58,033 nt of DNA, taken from IMG/VR virus record IMGVR_UViG_3300032223_002716, positions 1 through 58,033 of that record; one strand, 5' to 3'. This DNA comes from a virus. Its lineage: Duplodnaviria > Caudoviricetes. The notes under the pieces are model-generated. The model searched no databases. It had not been told where the DNA came from and saw only the letters and a program-made list of their open reading frames with translations. Shown here piece by piece: positions 27,076 through 35,634 of this stretch. Made by a program: the position numbers and the translations under genes. The first letter of the stretch is position 1. Each line of letters starts with the position of its first letter.

Positions 27076-27841
27076 AATTAGGGTTAATTTTATCTATTAT
27101 AGCTTTTAAGTCATCTAATCTAGTTTTTAATGGTTCAACATCTTCACCCTTTTTAGTTTTTTCTTTATATAATGGTAATAAGTTTTGATATTTACGTACA
27201 GCTTCTTTATATTCATTACTTTCAGTCGCATCAGGTTCATTAATACTTAAAACACCTTTACGAGCATTTCTTCTACCAAGTTTTTTAAATCTATACATAT
27301 CTTCAGGTGCTGTTTTTTCAGTAGAAGCTTTTGCGTTTGCTGATAATTGGTCATCAGCAGTATAACTATCACCACCCTTAATGAATCTTTTGATAATTTT
27401 AATAGATTCATCATCTGCTAATATTTTAATTTTAGCTACAACTATTGGAGTATATATCGTTTTACTACTATCTTCAGGGTTAACTTGGTCAGAATATGCT
27501 CTAGCTTGCAGCGTTAATATCTTTCCATCTTGACTTATACCTAGTTCTCTATCATCAATACCGCTAGTACCTATAGATTCAATTTTACACCCTTTACCAG
27601 TTGGTAAAATAGTAAATTTAAATTTATAATATTTAGTACCATCATTAATAGAACCAATTTTATTTGGGTTTTTTTGAGACAATAGTTTAGCGTCATTAGA
27701 TAATTTATCTAATTCTTCATCAGAATGTATTCTAGTAATTTTAGTTCTAATTTTAAAAAATAATTCTTTAAAATCTTCTCTAACCTCGTATAGTAAGTTT
27801 TCTAATTGCAACCTTAAGCTTTCCTTGATAAACTGTTTCAT
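27065..27841 (-). CDS. Hypothetical protein (putative virion cargo)
   Basis: MKQFIKESLR leader; ATATTTAT upstream. Confidence 0.7.
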   Translation of the reverse strand: MKQFIKESLRLQLENLLYEVREDFKELFFKIRTKITRIHSDEELDKLSNDAKLLSQKNPNKIGSINDGTKYYKFKFTILPTGKGCKIESIGTSGIDDRELGISQDGKILTLQARAYSDQVNPEDSSKTIYTPIVVAKIKILADDESIKIIKRFIKGGDSYTADDQLSANAKASTEKTAPEDMYRFKKLGRRNARKGVLSINEPDATESNEYKEAVRKYQNLLPLYKEKTKKGEDVEPLKTRLDDLKAIIDKINPNYGK

Positions 27842-27916
27842 AAAAGTTTTTTATTATAAATATTTCATTTTATGTAAAAATTGACTATATTTGTGTTTAA
27901 TTAAAATATATATGAT

Positions 27917-28165
27917 ATGAAAGCAACATTAGAGTTTGATTTAGACAACCCAGATGATAGAATGGCCCACATGAGAGCTGTTAAATCATTGGATATGGCA
28001 GTAGTTTTATTTGAGTTACAAACTAATCTAAAGAGAAGATGTGAATCGATTGCTGAGGCTCAAGAAGCTGATTCAGACATTCATGATGGTGTTTATTTGG
28101 TGTTTCAACAAATAAGCGAGTTAATGTATGAGAATGGTATAATAATAGATGATTTAATTCAATAA
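27917..28165 (+). CDS. Hypothetical phage protein
   Basis: MKATLEFDL motif; promoter at 27886. Confidence 0.75.
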   Translation: MKATLEFDLDNPDDRMAHMRAVKSLDMAVVLFELQTNLKRRCESIAEAQEADSDIHDGVYLVFQQISELMYENGIIIDDLIQ

Positions 28166-28166
28166 T

Positions 28167-28784
28167 ATGAGTGAAGAATACGTAGAAACAACATTTGATA
28201 AATTTATCAGATGGATTAAGTATGATGCAAAGCATTTGCATAGAGATGTAATATATGGTGTAAAAAATTTAATAAAATGGTTCCCAACAATATGGAAAGA
28301 CCGTGATTATGACCATTTTTATATCTATGAAGTTCTTAGGGTTAAATTAGAGAATCAAGCAGTTTATATCAGTCAAAAAAATAGATACACTAGAGCACAA
28401 AGAGATGCTGAGTTAATGATGTTAATTTCTAGATTAATTACTATCCAACAAGAAGATTTATATGATATGGAATATATGGAATACCATGAATCTGAATTTA
28501 ACTTTTTAGATGTTACTGATGAAGATAGTATTCCAGAGAAATATAAAGATTCTAAGAGATTAGAAATAAACTTAATCTCTGAAAGATTTGATGAGTATTT
28601 TGAAAGATATCCTAGACAATATAAAAAAGCTGTTAGTGGTGAATTAAATCTATTCAGGAGAAGTGAAGACGAGAGTGAGAATAAGAAGATATACGCAATG
28701 GAAATTGCGCATGAGAACCAAAAACGTAGTCGTAAATTATTATTTAAATTATTAGATGAGAATATAGAACGTTTTTGGGATTAA
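28167..28784 (+). CDS. Hypothetical phage protein
   Basis: WFPTIWKDRDYD..FWD. Confidence 0.75.
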   Translation: MSEEYVETTFDKFIRWIKYDAKHLHRDVIYGVKNLIKWFPTIWKDRDYDHFYIYEVLRVKLENQAVYISQKNRYTRAQRDAELMMLISRLITIQQEDLYDMEYMEYHESEFNFLDVTDEDSIPEKYKDSKRLEINLISERFDEYFERYPRQYKKAVSGELNLFRRSEDESENKKIYAMEIAHENQKRSRKLLFKLLDENIERFWD

Positions 28785-28797
28785 TTAACTATAAATA

Positions 28798-29478
28798 ATG
28801 AAAAAAATTACATTTATTTCAGATACACACCAAAAACATGGGTTATTAACAAATGATTTAATTGGTGGTGATATCTTAATTCATGCTGGTGATATTATGA
28901 CCAGCGGTTATTATGAGACAGAAGTACTTAATTTCTGTCAATGGTTCAGTAAGTTAAATAACTATGAACATAAAATCTTTATTGGTGGTAACCATGATAG
29001 ATTAGCTGAGGATAATCCAAATCTATTTAAAAGAATAGTTGATGAGTATCCTAATATAACTTACTTACAAGATAGCGAAGTTGTTATCGATGGTGTTAAG
29101 ATTTATGGTTCCCCATGGCAACCAGAATTTTATAGCTGGGCATTTAATTTACCTAGACGTGGACCAGGTTTGATGTCTAAATGGCAAGCAATTCCAGAGG
29201 ATACTGATATCTTAATAACTCATGGACCACCAAATGGTATATTAGATTATGTGGCTCAAAGTGTTTATAATGCTGGTTGTGAAGAATTACTTGAACGAGT
29301 TATGCAAGTAAAACCAAAAGTAAGTGTATTTGGTCATATTCATCAAGGATATGGTACACTTAGAGTTAACGAAATAGAATTCATTAATGCATCAGTATTA
29401 AATGAAAGATATAACTATGCCAATCTACCAGTTAACGTTGAGTATGATGAGGTTATGGGTATTGTAAAATATTATTAA
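28798..29478 (+). CDS. Metallophosphoesterase (MPPED-like)
   Basis: SDTH, HAGD, GGNHD, THGPP, FGHIHQ. Confidence 0.9.
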   Translation: MKKITFISDTHQKHGLLTNDLIGGDILIHAGDIMTSGYYETEVLNFCQWFSKLNNYEHKIFIGGNHDRLAEDNPNLFKRIVDEYPNITYLQDSEVVIDGVKIYGSPWQPEFYSWAFNLPRRGPGLMSKWQAIPEDTDILITHGPPNGILDYVAQSVYNAGCEELLERVMQVKPKVSVFGHIHQGYGTLRVNEIEFINASVLNERYNYANLPVNVEYDEVMGIVKYY

Positions 29479-29479
29479 T

Positions 29480-29968
29480 ATGGCTGAATATAATTTTGTA
29501 GAAGATATTACTCAAGGTGAAAAAGGTGAACTAATTATTAGAGAGTTCTTAGAATTAAACGGTTATAAATTCATTTCAGATAATAAAGATTATCGATATG
29601 ATTTAGAAATGGCCTTACCAGTTGATAAAGGTGGTTCGTTAGTTAAAGCAACCACCTTTGAAGTTAAAACTGATGTATATTGTTTACCGCATTCGGATAC
29701 TAACAATTTATTTGTTGAGTTTGAATGTAGAGGTAAAGATTCTGGTATTAATGTAACTGAGGCTGATTATTACGTAAATTATTACCCTTATTTACATGAA
29801 GCATGGTTTATTAAAACTAGTAAACTTAAAAAACTAATAAATAATAATAGTTTTGAAGTAAAAGAGTTTTCTGGTGATGCTAACAGTAATACTAAGGGTT
29901 ATGTAATACCTAGATACAAATTCAAACCTCATTTCAAAGTTAAAATGATAAAAAATAAATGGGATTAG
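29480..29968 (+). CDS. PD-(D/E)XK nuclease-like protein
   Basis: YD....FEVKTD; SGINVTEAD. Confidence 0.65.
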   Translation: MAEYNFVEDITQGEKGELIIREFLELNGYKFISDNKDYRYDLEMALPVDKGGSLVKATTFEVKTDVYCLPHSDTNNLFVEFECRGKDSGINVTEADYYVNYYPYLHEAWFIKTSKLKKLINNNSFEVKEFSGDANSNTKGYVIPRYKFKPHFKVKMIKNKWD

Positions 29969-30012
29969 TTGTTTATTAATAATATTTTTATATTTTTGTA
30001 AAAAAGTATATT

Positions 30013-30582
30013 ATGAAAAAAATAATTTATGGGTTATTACTTATAACTCTAATCTCGTGTAAGAAAGAAGTAATAACTCCAGTTACACCCCCAGCAACTC
30101 AACAACTTGATAGTTTAAAGTTAGATGGTGAATTTGTTTTGGTTAGTGGTAAAATGTATATGGATTGTTTAGAAGATGGTAGTAAGATAGTTTATAATCA
30201 TTTTGATTCAATTAAATCTAGAAGTTCATTAAGATATGGTGGTTCTATAATCCCATTTGAAACTATCATAAAAGATACTACTACATGGTCATTTTATTTC
30301 CCTAAAATAGTACCAAATGTAGGTAAATTTGTATTAAATGAAGATACGTTAAACTCTTTAGGTTTAAATGTCACAGCACATAATCTAACCATAATAGAAT
30401 CACCAACAGCAACAACTGGTAGTACCCAATTAAATGGCTCGGCTAGACCGATAGATATTGTCTTATATGATGCTAAACTTAAATTAATTAAGATATATGT
30501 CCAAGAACAATATTTAAGTGTCGGTAATAGTAATTATAGAGCATTTAATGAATTAGTATTTAAACAAATTAAAGAATGGTAA
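30013..30582 (+). CDS. Lipoprotein
   Basis: MKKIIYGLLLITLISC-KKE. Confidence 0.75.
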   Translation: MKKIIYGLLLITLISCKKEVITPVTPPATQQLDSLKLDGEFVLVSGKMYMDCLEDGSKIVYNHFDSIKSRSSLRYGGSIIPFETIIKDTTTWSFYFPKIVPNVGKFVLNEDTLNSLGLNVTAHNLTIIESPTATTGSTQLNGSARPIDIVLYDAKLKLIKIYVQEQYLSVGNSNYRAFNELVFKQIKEW

Positions 30583-30719
30583 AGATAATATTAAACGCAG
30601 CAATAATATCGTTATTATACTTAACGTATAGAAGTATAAACACTCCAGATTTTACATTTAATTGTACAGTAAGTATAGTGTTTATTTGGTTTCTTAAAAT
30701 ATATGAGGAACGCACTTAA
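30576..30719 (+). CDS. 47-aa 2-TM peptide (not in ORF track)
   Basis: MVKIILNAAIISLLYLTY..VSIVFIWFLKIYEERT. Confidence 0.45.
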   Translation: MVKIILNAAIISLLYLTYRSINTPDFTFNCTVSIVFIWFLKIYEERT

Positions 30720-30721
30720 AA

Positions 30722-30763
30722 CCCATATTAATATGGGGTCATCTCAACCCCCATATTAATATG
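30722..30763. repeat. Tandem palindromes CATATTAATATG
   Basis: Copies at 30724-30735 and 30752-30763. Confidence 0.8.
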
Positions 30764-30770
30764 TTAATCT

Positions 30771-30866
30771 TTAAAACCCGAAATCAATAAGGTCTCCAAA
30801 ATCATCCCACTCATCAACTACTGGCGTATTTTGAGTGTCCTTCTCGATGTTTGAAAAATAATGCAT
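30771..30866 (-). CDS. 31-aa acidic peptide (not in ORF track)
   Basis: MHYFSNIEKDTQNTPVVDEWDDFGDLIDFGF. Confidence 0.4.
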   Translation of the reverse strand: MHYFSNIEKDTQNTPVVDEWDDFGDLIDFGF

Positions 30867-30936
30867 TTAAGTTATTTATATTAAAAAAAAAATTATTATA
30901 ATTATAAGTATAAGAAAAAAGTTAAAAAGTAAAATT

Positions 30937-31257
30937 ATGAGTGAAAATGAAATTCCAGAAGGTTTGTTAGATGCACAAATCACAGTATTAGATTTCTACG
31001 CTGAATGGTGTGGACCTTGCCGAAGCTTAATTCCAATTATTGATGAATTAACTGAAGAATATGCTAATGATAATAGCATCAAAATTATCAAGGTTAATGT
31101 TGATGTTCAACCAGCAATTGCTACTAAGTTTGGTGTTCGTAGCATCCCTAATGTTGTGTTCGTTAAAAACGGTGAAGTGGTAAATAAATTTACTGGTGTT
31201 AAAGCTAAGTCAGACATTAAAAATATTATTGAAGAAGTTAGGTCATCTAACAATTAA
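30937..31257 (+). CDS. trxA: Thioredoxin
   Basis: DFYAEWCGPC, VRSIP. Confidence 0.95.
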   Translation: MSENEIPEGLLDAQITVLDFYAEWCGPCRSLIPIIDELTEEYANDNSIKIIKVNVDVQPAIATKFGVRSIPNVVFVKNGEVVNKFTGVKAKSDIKNIIEEVRSSNN

Positions 31258-31284
31258 TAGATATTTATATGTAAAGAATGATTA

Positions 31285-31608
31285 GTGATTAATAAAGAAA
31301 ACATAAGAAGTGCGTTGAGAGGTGTGTATGGAGATTTCAATACATATCTTGAGCATGAATATGAAGATACTGTCACTGAACATTTATATTTAGGTTCAAT
31401 CAATGATAAAAAGAAATGGGCCACTTACAACCAAGTAATTATTGAGTTAAAAAATAACTTAAAGGATATGTTGAAGGTTAAAGAATTACAATATAAATTA
31501 ACCGAAGATGTGGACCCAAACGATGTTTGTTTAGAAGTTTTAAGTGATTTAAAAACTAAAACACCAGAGTTAGAGAGGTTGTATTATAAAATTATGAATT
31601 TTAAATGA
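31285..31608 (+). CDS. Hypothetical protein (paralog of 31726..32064)
   Basis: W.TY..YKLTEDVDPN. Confidence 0.7.
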   Translation: MINKENIRSALRGVYGDFNTYLEHEYEDTVTEHLYLGSINDKKKWATYNQVIIELKNNLKDMLKVKELQYKLTEDVDPNDVCLEVLSDLKTKTPELERLYYKIMNFK

Positions 31609-31618
31609 AAACACACTG

Positions 31619-31644
31619 AAAACCCCATTTTATGGGGTTTTTTT
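31619..31644 (+). terminator. Intrinsic terminator
   Basis: AAAACCCCAT-ttt-ATGGGGTTTTTTT. Confidence 0.8.
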
Positions 31645-31725
31645 ATTTAAAAAAATATTAAAGTTTTTGAGTCGAATACAGAATTTAAAGATATTTATCA
31701 ATAAATAACAATAATAAATTAATTA

Positions 31726-32064
31726 ATGATGAAAGATTTTAATATTACAATCAAGGCTGGGACTGGAAAGTTTAATAATCTGGATAAGGAGTATAATAAT
31801 TTTATTACATCAACAATGGCTAACGTTGATGCTGAAACAAAATTAAGATGGGAAACATATAGTATCATCATGGATGAGCTATTAAATATTGATAGAATTG
31901 ATTGCTTTGAAGAAGCCAAATATAGAATGACTGATGGTGAGGACCCAAATAAAGTCATGATAGATATGATTGATAGAAATAAGAACGCTAGTGGTTTATT
32001 ATGGTTCATTAGAAAAAGATTACAAGAGTATATGGATGAAGATTTTTATAATAGATTTTTATAA
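31726..32064 (+). CDS. Hypothetical protein (paralog of 31285..31608)
   Basis: WETY..YRMTDGEDPN. Confidence 0.7.
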   Translation: MMKDFNITIKAGTGKFNNLDKEYNNFITSTMANVDAETKLRWETYSIIMDELLNIDRIDCFEEAKYRMTDGEDPNKVMIDMIDRNKNASGLLWFIRKRLQEYMDEDFYNRFL

Positions 32065-32065
32065 G

Positions 32066-32095
32066 AAAAAGCACAGTTAACTCTGTGCTTTTTTT
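32066..32095 (+). terminator. Intrinsic terminator
   Basis: AAAAAGCACAG..CTGTGCTTTTTTT. Confidence 0.8.
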
Positions 32096-32160
32096 GCTTT
32101 TATTACTATATTTGCATAAAATAAATAAACAATATATTTATTTTTATAAAACTATATATT

Positions 32161-32316
32161 ATGAGAGAATACGGTATGTTCGGTAGAGATGGTGAAGTTA
32201 TTTATAAAGTTAAATCTGAAAATATAATGGAAGCTATTAAACATTTTGCATTTATTAAACAAATGAATGTTGATATGTTATTAGAATTATTTGCAGTTAA
32301 AGAGGTAGTAAAATAA
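32161..32316 (+). CDS. 51-aa hypothetical protein (not in ORF track)
   Basis: MREYGMFGRDGEVIYK..; promoter at 32107. Confidence 0.6.
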   Translation: MREYGMFGRDGEVIYKVKSENIMEAIKHFAFIKQMNVDMLLELFAVKEVVK

Positions 32317-32400
32317 ATTATTTTATCACCCAACTAGTCCTTTTTTAAATTATCATATATTTATTATTATAATATAAGATTTTTTAAAAAATATAAGGAC

Positions 32401-32589
32401 ATGTCAAAAAAAATTGTTAGAATTTCTGAAAACGAATTGGTTAACTTAATCGAGAACATCGTTAATGAAGCTGTAGCTGAGAAAAAAAATCAGTGGATTG
32501 CTGAGAGCGAAGAGAAAAAAGCAACTTTGTTAGAAAGTAAAGTAGCTAAATTAGAAGCTGTAATCGGTAAATTAACTAAAGGTAAATAA
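32401..32589 (+). CDS. Small coiled-coil protein (putative prohead/core component)
   Basis: KKIVRISENELVNLIENIVNE; ATATTTAT at 32357. Confidence 0.7.
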   Translation: MSKKIVRISENELVNLIENIVNEAVAEKKNQWIAESEEKKATLLESKVAKLEAVIGKLTKGK

Positions 32590-32658
32590 TTACCTTGCTA
32601 AATAACTAGAAGCTGGTAGCGTAAAAATACGTTACTGGCTCTTTTTTTATGTAGTAAT

Positions 32659-33345
32659 ATGAAAGTTTTAGAAAAATTAAAAAGAAGTGAAACTCCTTTG
32701 ACTTCAGTTGTTGAACGTGATGAATTTATTACAGCAAGTGAAACAGCATTTGATTGTATCTTTGATGGTACATCAAAATTCCACCCATGGGAATTACCAA
32801 CTACATTACCTAAGAAATTTAAGATAGGTGTTATTGTAGGTTCAAGTGGTTCTGGGAAATCAACCTTACTTAAACATTTTGGAATTGAGGAACAACCTAC
32901 ATGGGATTCCAATAAATCAATCCTATCGCATTTTGCGACACCTGAAGAAGGAATCACTAGATTAAGTTCTGTAGGATTCAATACTATACCATCATGGTAT
33001 AAACCATATAACGTATTATCCAACGGAGAAAAATTCAGAGCTGATTTAGCTCGTAAGATAGCTTCAAATGCTGTTATAGATGAATATACCTCAGTAGTGG
33101 ATAGAAATGTCGCTAAAGCGGCCTCAATGGCCTTATCTCGATATATAAAAACCAATGACTTTGAAAACATTGTGATATCAACATGTCACATGGATATAGT
33201 CGATTGGTTGGAACCTGATTGGGTTATTAATACAGACACTGGGGAACTATTGGATGGTTTTTTTTTGTCCGACCAGAAATCAAAATTGAGTTATATCGCA
33301 CAAACTATGGCGGTTGGGACATGTTTAAAGAGCATCACTATTTAG
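32659..33345 (+). CDS. ABC-type ATPase (N-terminal part of an ATPase-GNAT frameshift fusion)
   Basis: GSSGSGKST, LSNGEKFRA, IDEYTSVVDR, CH.DI..WL.PDW. Confidence 0.85.
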   Translation: MKVLEKLKRSETPLTSVVERDEFITASETAFDCIFDGTSKFHPWELPTTLPKKFKIGVIVGSSGSGKSTLLKHFGIEEQPTWDSNKSILSHFATPEEGITRLSSVGFNTIPSWYKPYNVLSNGEKFRADLARKIASNAVIDEYTSVVDRNVAKAASMALSRYIKTNDFENIVISTCHMDIVDWLEPDWVINTDTGELLDGFFLSDQKSKLSYIAQTMAVGTCLKSITI

Positions 33346-33737
33346 ATGAGAAAATAAATAAAGCTGCTAGATGTTATATCGCAGTATGGGATGGTCAAGT
33401 GATTGGATTCAATGCAACATTATCAATGCCTAGTGGTTATATTAAAAATGCATGGAGAGGCCATAGAACAGTCATATTACCCGAGTTCCAAGGTTTAGGG
33501 TTGGGAGTTGCAATGTCAAATTTAATTGCTCAAATGTATATTGATGATGGTTGTAGGTATTACTCTAGAACAGCTCACCCAAGACTTGGTGCCTATAGAG
33601 ATAATTCTGATTTATGGAAACCAACTAGTAAAAATAAAAAATTACGTAATGATGTTAAACATGAAAATGTTTATAAACATCATTATGTTGATAATAAAAG
33701 AGTTTGTTTTTCACATGAATATATCGGTTTAAAGTAA
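33267..33737 (+). CDS. GNAT acetyltransferase domain (-1 frame continuation)
   Basis: VRPEIKIEL..W.MFKEHHYL..RTVILPEFQGLGLG. Confidence 0.8.
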   Translation, partial: VRPEIKIELYRTNYGGWDMFKEHHYLDEKINKAARCYIAVWDGQVIGFNATLSMPSGYIKNAWRGHRTVILPEFQGLGLGVAMSNLIAQMYIDDGCRYYSRTAHPRLGAYRDNSDLWKPTSKNKKLRNDVKHENVYKHHYVDNKRVCFSHEYIGLK

Positions 33738-34601
33738 ATTATTTAATTTCTCAATAATAATTTCATCATACTTTATTATTAACAAATTAATTCGGTTATC
33801 AGTACAATATTTTCTTTTTATTTTATCATTAGTAATTGTTTTATTAAATCCTATGTCTCCACCAAAGACCTTGACTGGTAAGTAATGTTGTCTACCATTA
33901 AACTCAATACATAGATTGTAATCTGGTAAATAAAAGTCAAATGGTAGTGGTAAAATATTTCTACATTCTGTAAATCTATGTTGTGGGATAAAATTAATTT
34001 TATTTTTAATTAGATATTCACGTATTTTTTTCTCACCTTTTGATTCACGACACTTAGGACACCCACTACCATTTAAATGTGAATTCGGTGTCTGCATGAA
34101 TTCACCGTGTTCTGAACATATTATTTTAACTTTAGTACTATTATTAACATAGTTAACTAATGAATAATCATACTTATAGTTATGGACTAAATTTGCTTGT
34201 TCAATAAACTGATTAATCGTTTTTTTAGGTGTTCCAGAACATAAAAAACATTCTTTACCTGATAAATGAGCGTTTGGTGTTTGCATGAATTCACCGTGTT
34301 CTGGACATATTATTTTAACTTTAGTTGTTGAATTGGTAAATATAACATTTGAATAATCGTACTTGTCACCATGTATTTTTCTTGATTTTTTGATAAATAA
34401 TGGGTAATCAATTTTATGGCCACTACATTTTGGGCAAGTTTGTTTTCGATTAATATGTTTTCTGGGTTCTTGTTCAAACACACCATGTTCATGACATATT
34501 ATTTTAACTTTAGTTTCATTATTAATATAATTAACTAATGAATAATCATACTTATAGTTATGAGCTAAATTAGCTCGGTCAATAAAATTATTAGTTTTCA
34601 T
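33729..34601 (-). mobile_element. Free-standing homing-endonuclease-like gene (Zn-repeat DNA-binding domains + C-terminal PD-(D/E)XK/Vsr-like nuclease)
   Basis: 3x KYDYS..Y....KVKIIC.EHG.F.Q.P..H...C..C; PFDFYLP..CIEFNGRQHY. Confidence 0.8.
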
Positions 34602-34639
34602 CTTGCTATTTATTAATAAATATCTCAAAAAAGTTAAAA

Positions 34640-34915
34640 ATACTACCAGATTTCCAAGGAATGGGTATTGGTCCTAGATTATCAGATATGATTGCTCAAA
34701 TGTATATCGATGATGGATGTAGATATTATTCTAGAACAGCACACCCAAGATTAATATCGTATAGACTTAATTCACCATTATGGAAACCAACTAGCAAACA
34801 TAAGAAGTTACGGAATGATGTTAAACATGAGAATGTTTATAAACAACATTATGCGGATAATAAAAGAGTTTGTGGAAGTTTTGAGTATATTGGAACTATT
34901 TCTTTGACTGATTAA
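34640..34915 (+). pseudogene. Duplicate 3' half of the GNAT gene
   Basis: ILPDFQGMGIG..IAQMYIDDGCRYYSRTAHPRL near-identical to 33474-33737. Confidence 0.8.
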
Positions 34916-35579
34916 CTTTATTTTTAAGTCTCTCTTTCCAATAATCTTTTAATTTCTCTTCAACACCTTCAAGTTCTTCATAATAGTTTGGGAATTCAGC
35001 TAAATGGTCTGATGCAATTTCTTTTTGTTTCTCTTTATCGTCAGTATGTTCAGATTCAACCTTCATACCTTTTTTAAGTTGTTGTTTTAAATACTTTACA
35101 GTTACTCTGAACTTTTTTGCAATATCTTTAATTGTTTCGTTGTCAGCTTTACCACCTACCAATTTATTCTCATTGATTTCTTCTGGTTCCATAATTTCTT
35201 CTGGTTTTTTAATCTTTTTATTAATAATATTATACGCCAAAATAGGTATTGAACCACCTGGTAATAAAAATATAGCAGTTTGACCTAAAGTAACCGCAAA
35301 TTTAACTAACTCTTTCTTATCGTCTTTAGATAATTTTTCACCAGAAGTAAGTATTTTGTATACGTTTGATGCTTCAACTTTTTTATTATTTAAAAACTTT
35401 ATTAAAGAATCATATCCCTTCTCAATAGCATTTCTATTTGGTTCGACTGGTTCTTCACCTTCATTTACAACATTAGCATGTAGTGCTGCTAAATATCTTT
35501 TAACACTACCCTTGGTACAACCTACTTTTTTTCTACTGCCTTTTTTATATACGCATTTACCTCTACTTGTGTATGGCAT
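34896..35579 (-). CDS. DUF5661-like domain protein (putative virion protein)
   Basis: GGKAD; KGMKVESEHTDD..EIASDHLAEFPNYY; ATATTTAT upstream. Confidence 0.7.
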   Translation of the reverse strand: MPYTSRGKCVYKKGSRKKVGCTKGSVKRYLAALHANVVNEGEEPVEPNRNAIEKGYDSLIKFLNNKKVEASNVYKILTSGEKLSKDDKKELVKFAVTLGQTAIFLLPGGSIPILAYNIINKKIKKPEEIMEPEEINENKLVGGKADNETIKDIAKKFRVTVKYLKQQLKKGMKVESEHTDDKEKQKEIASDHLAEFPNYYEELEGVEEKLKDYWKERLKNKVNQSKK

Positions 35580-35600
35580 AACTTTTTATTTAATAAATAT

Positions 35601-35628
35601 AAAAAAAGCCTGAAAAAATTCAGGCTTT
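35601..35628 (-). terminator. Intrinsic terminator after clpC
   Basis: AAAAAAAGCCTGAA..TTCAGGCTTT on the + strand. Confidence 0.7.
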
Positions 35629-35634
35629 AGTTAT

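Noticed and set aside
34090-34570. DNA direct repeats inside the endonuclease gene
   Set aside because: Explained by the three repeated Zn/DNA-binding protein modules.
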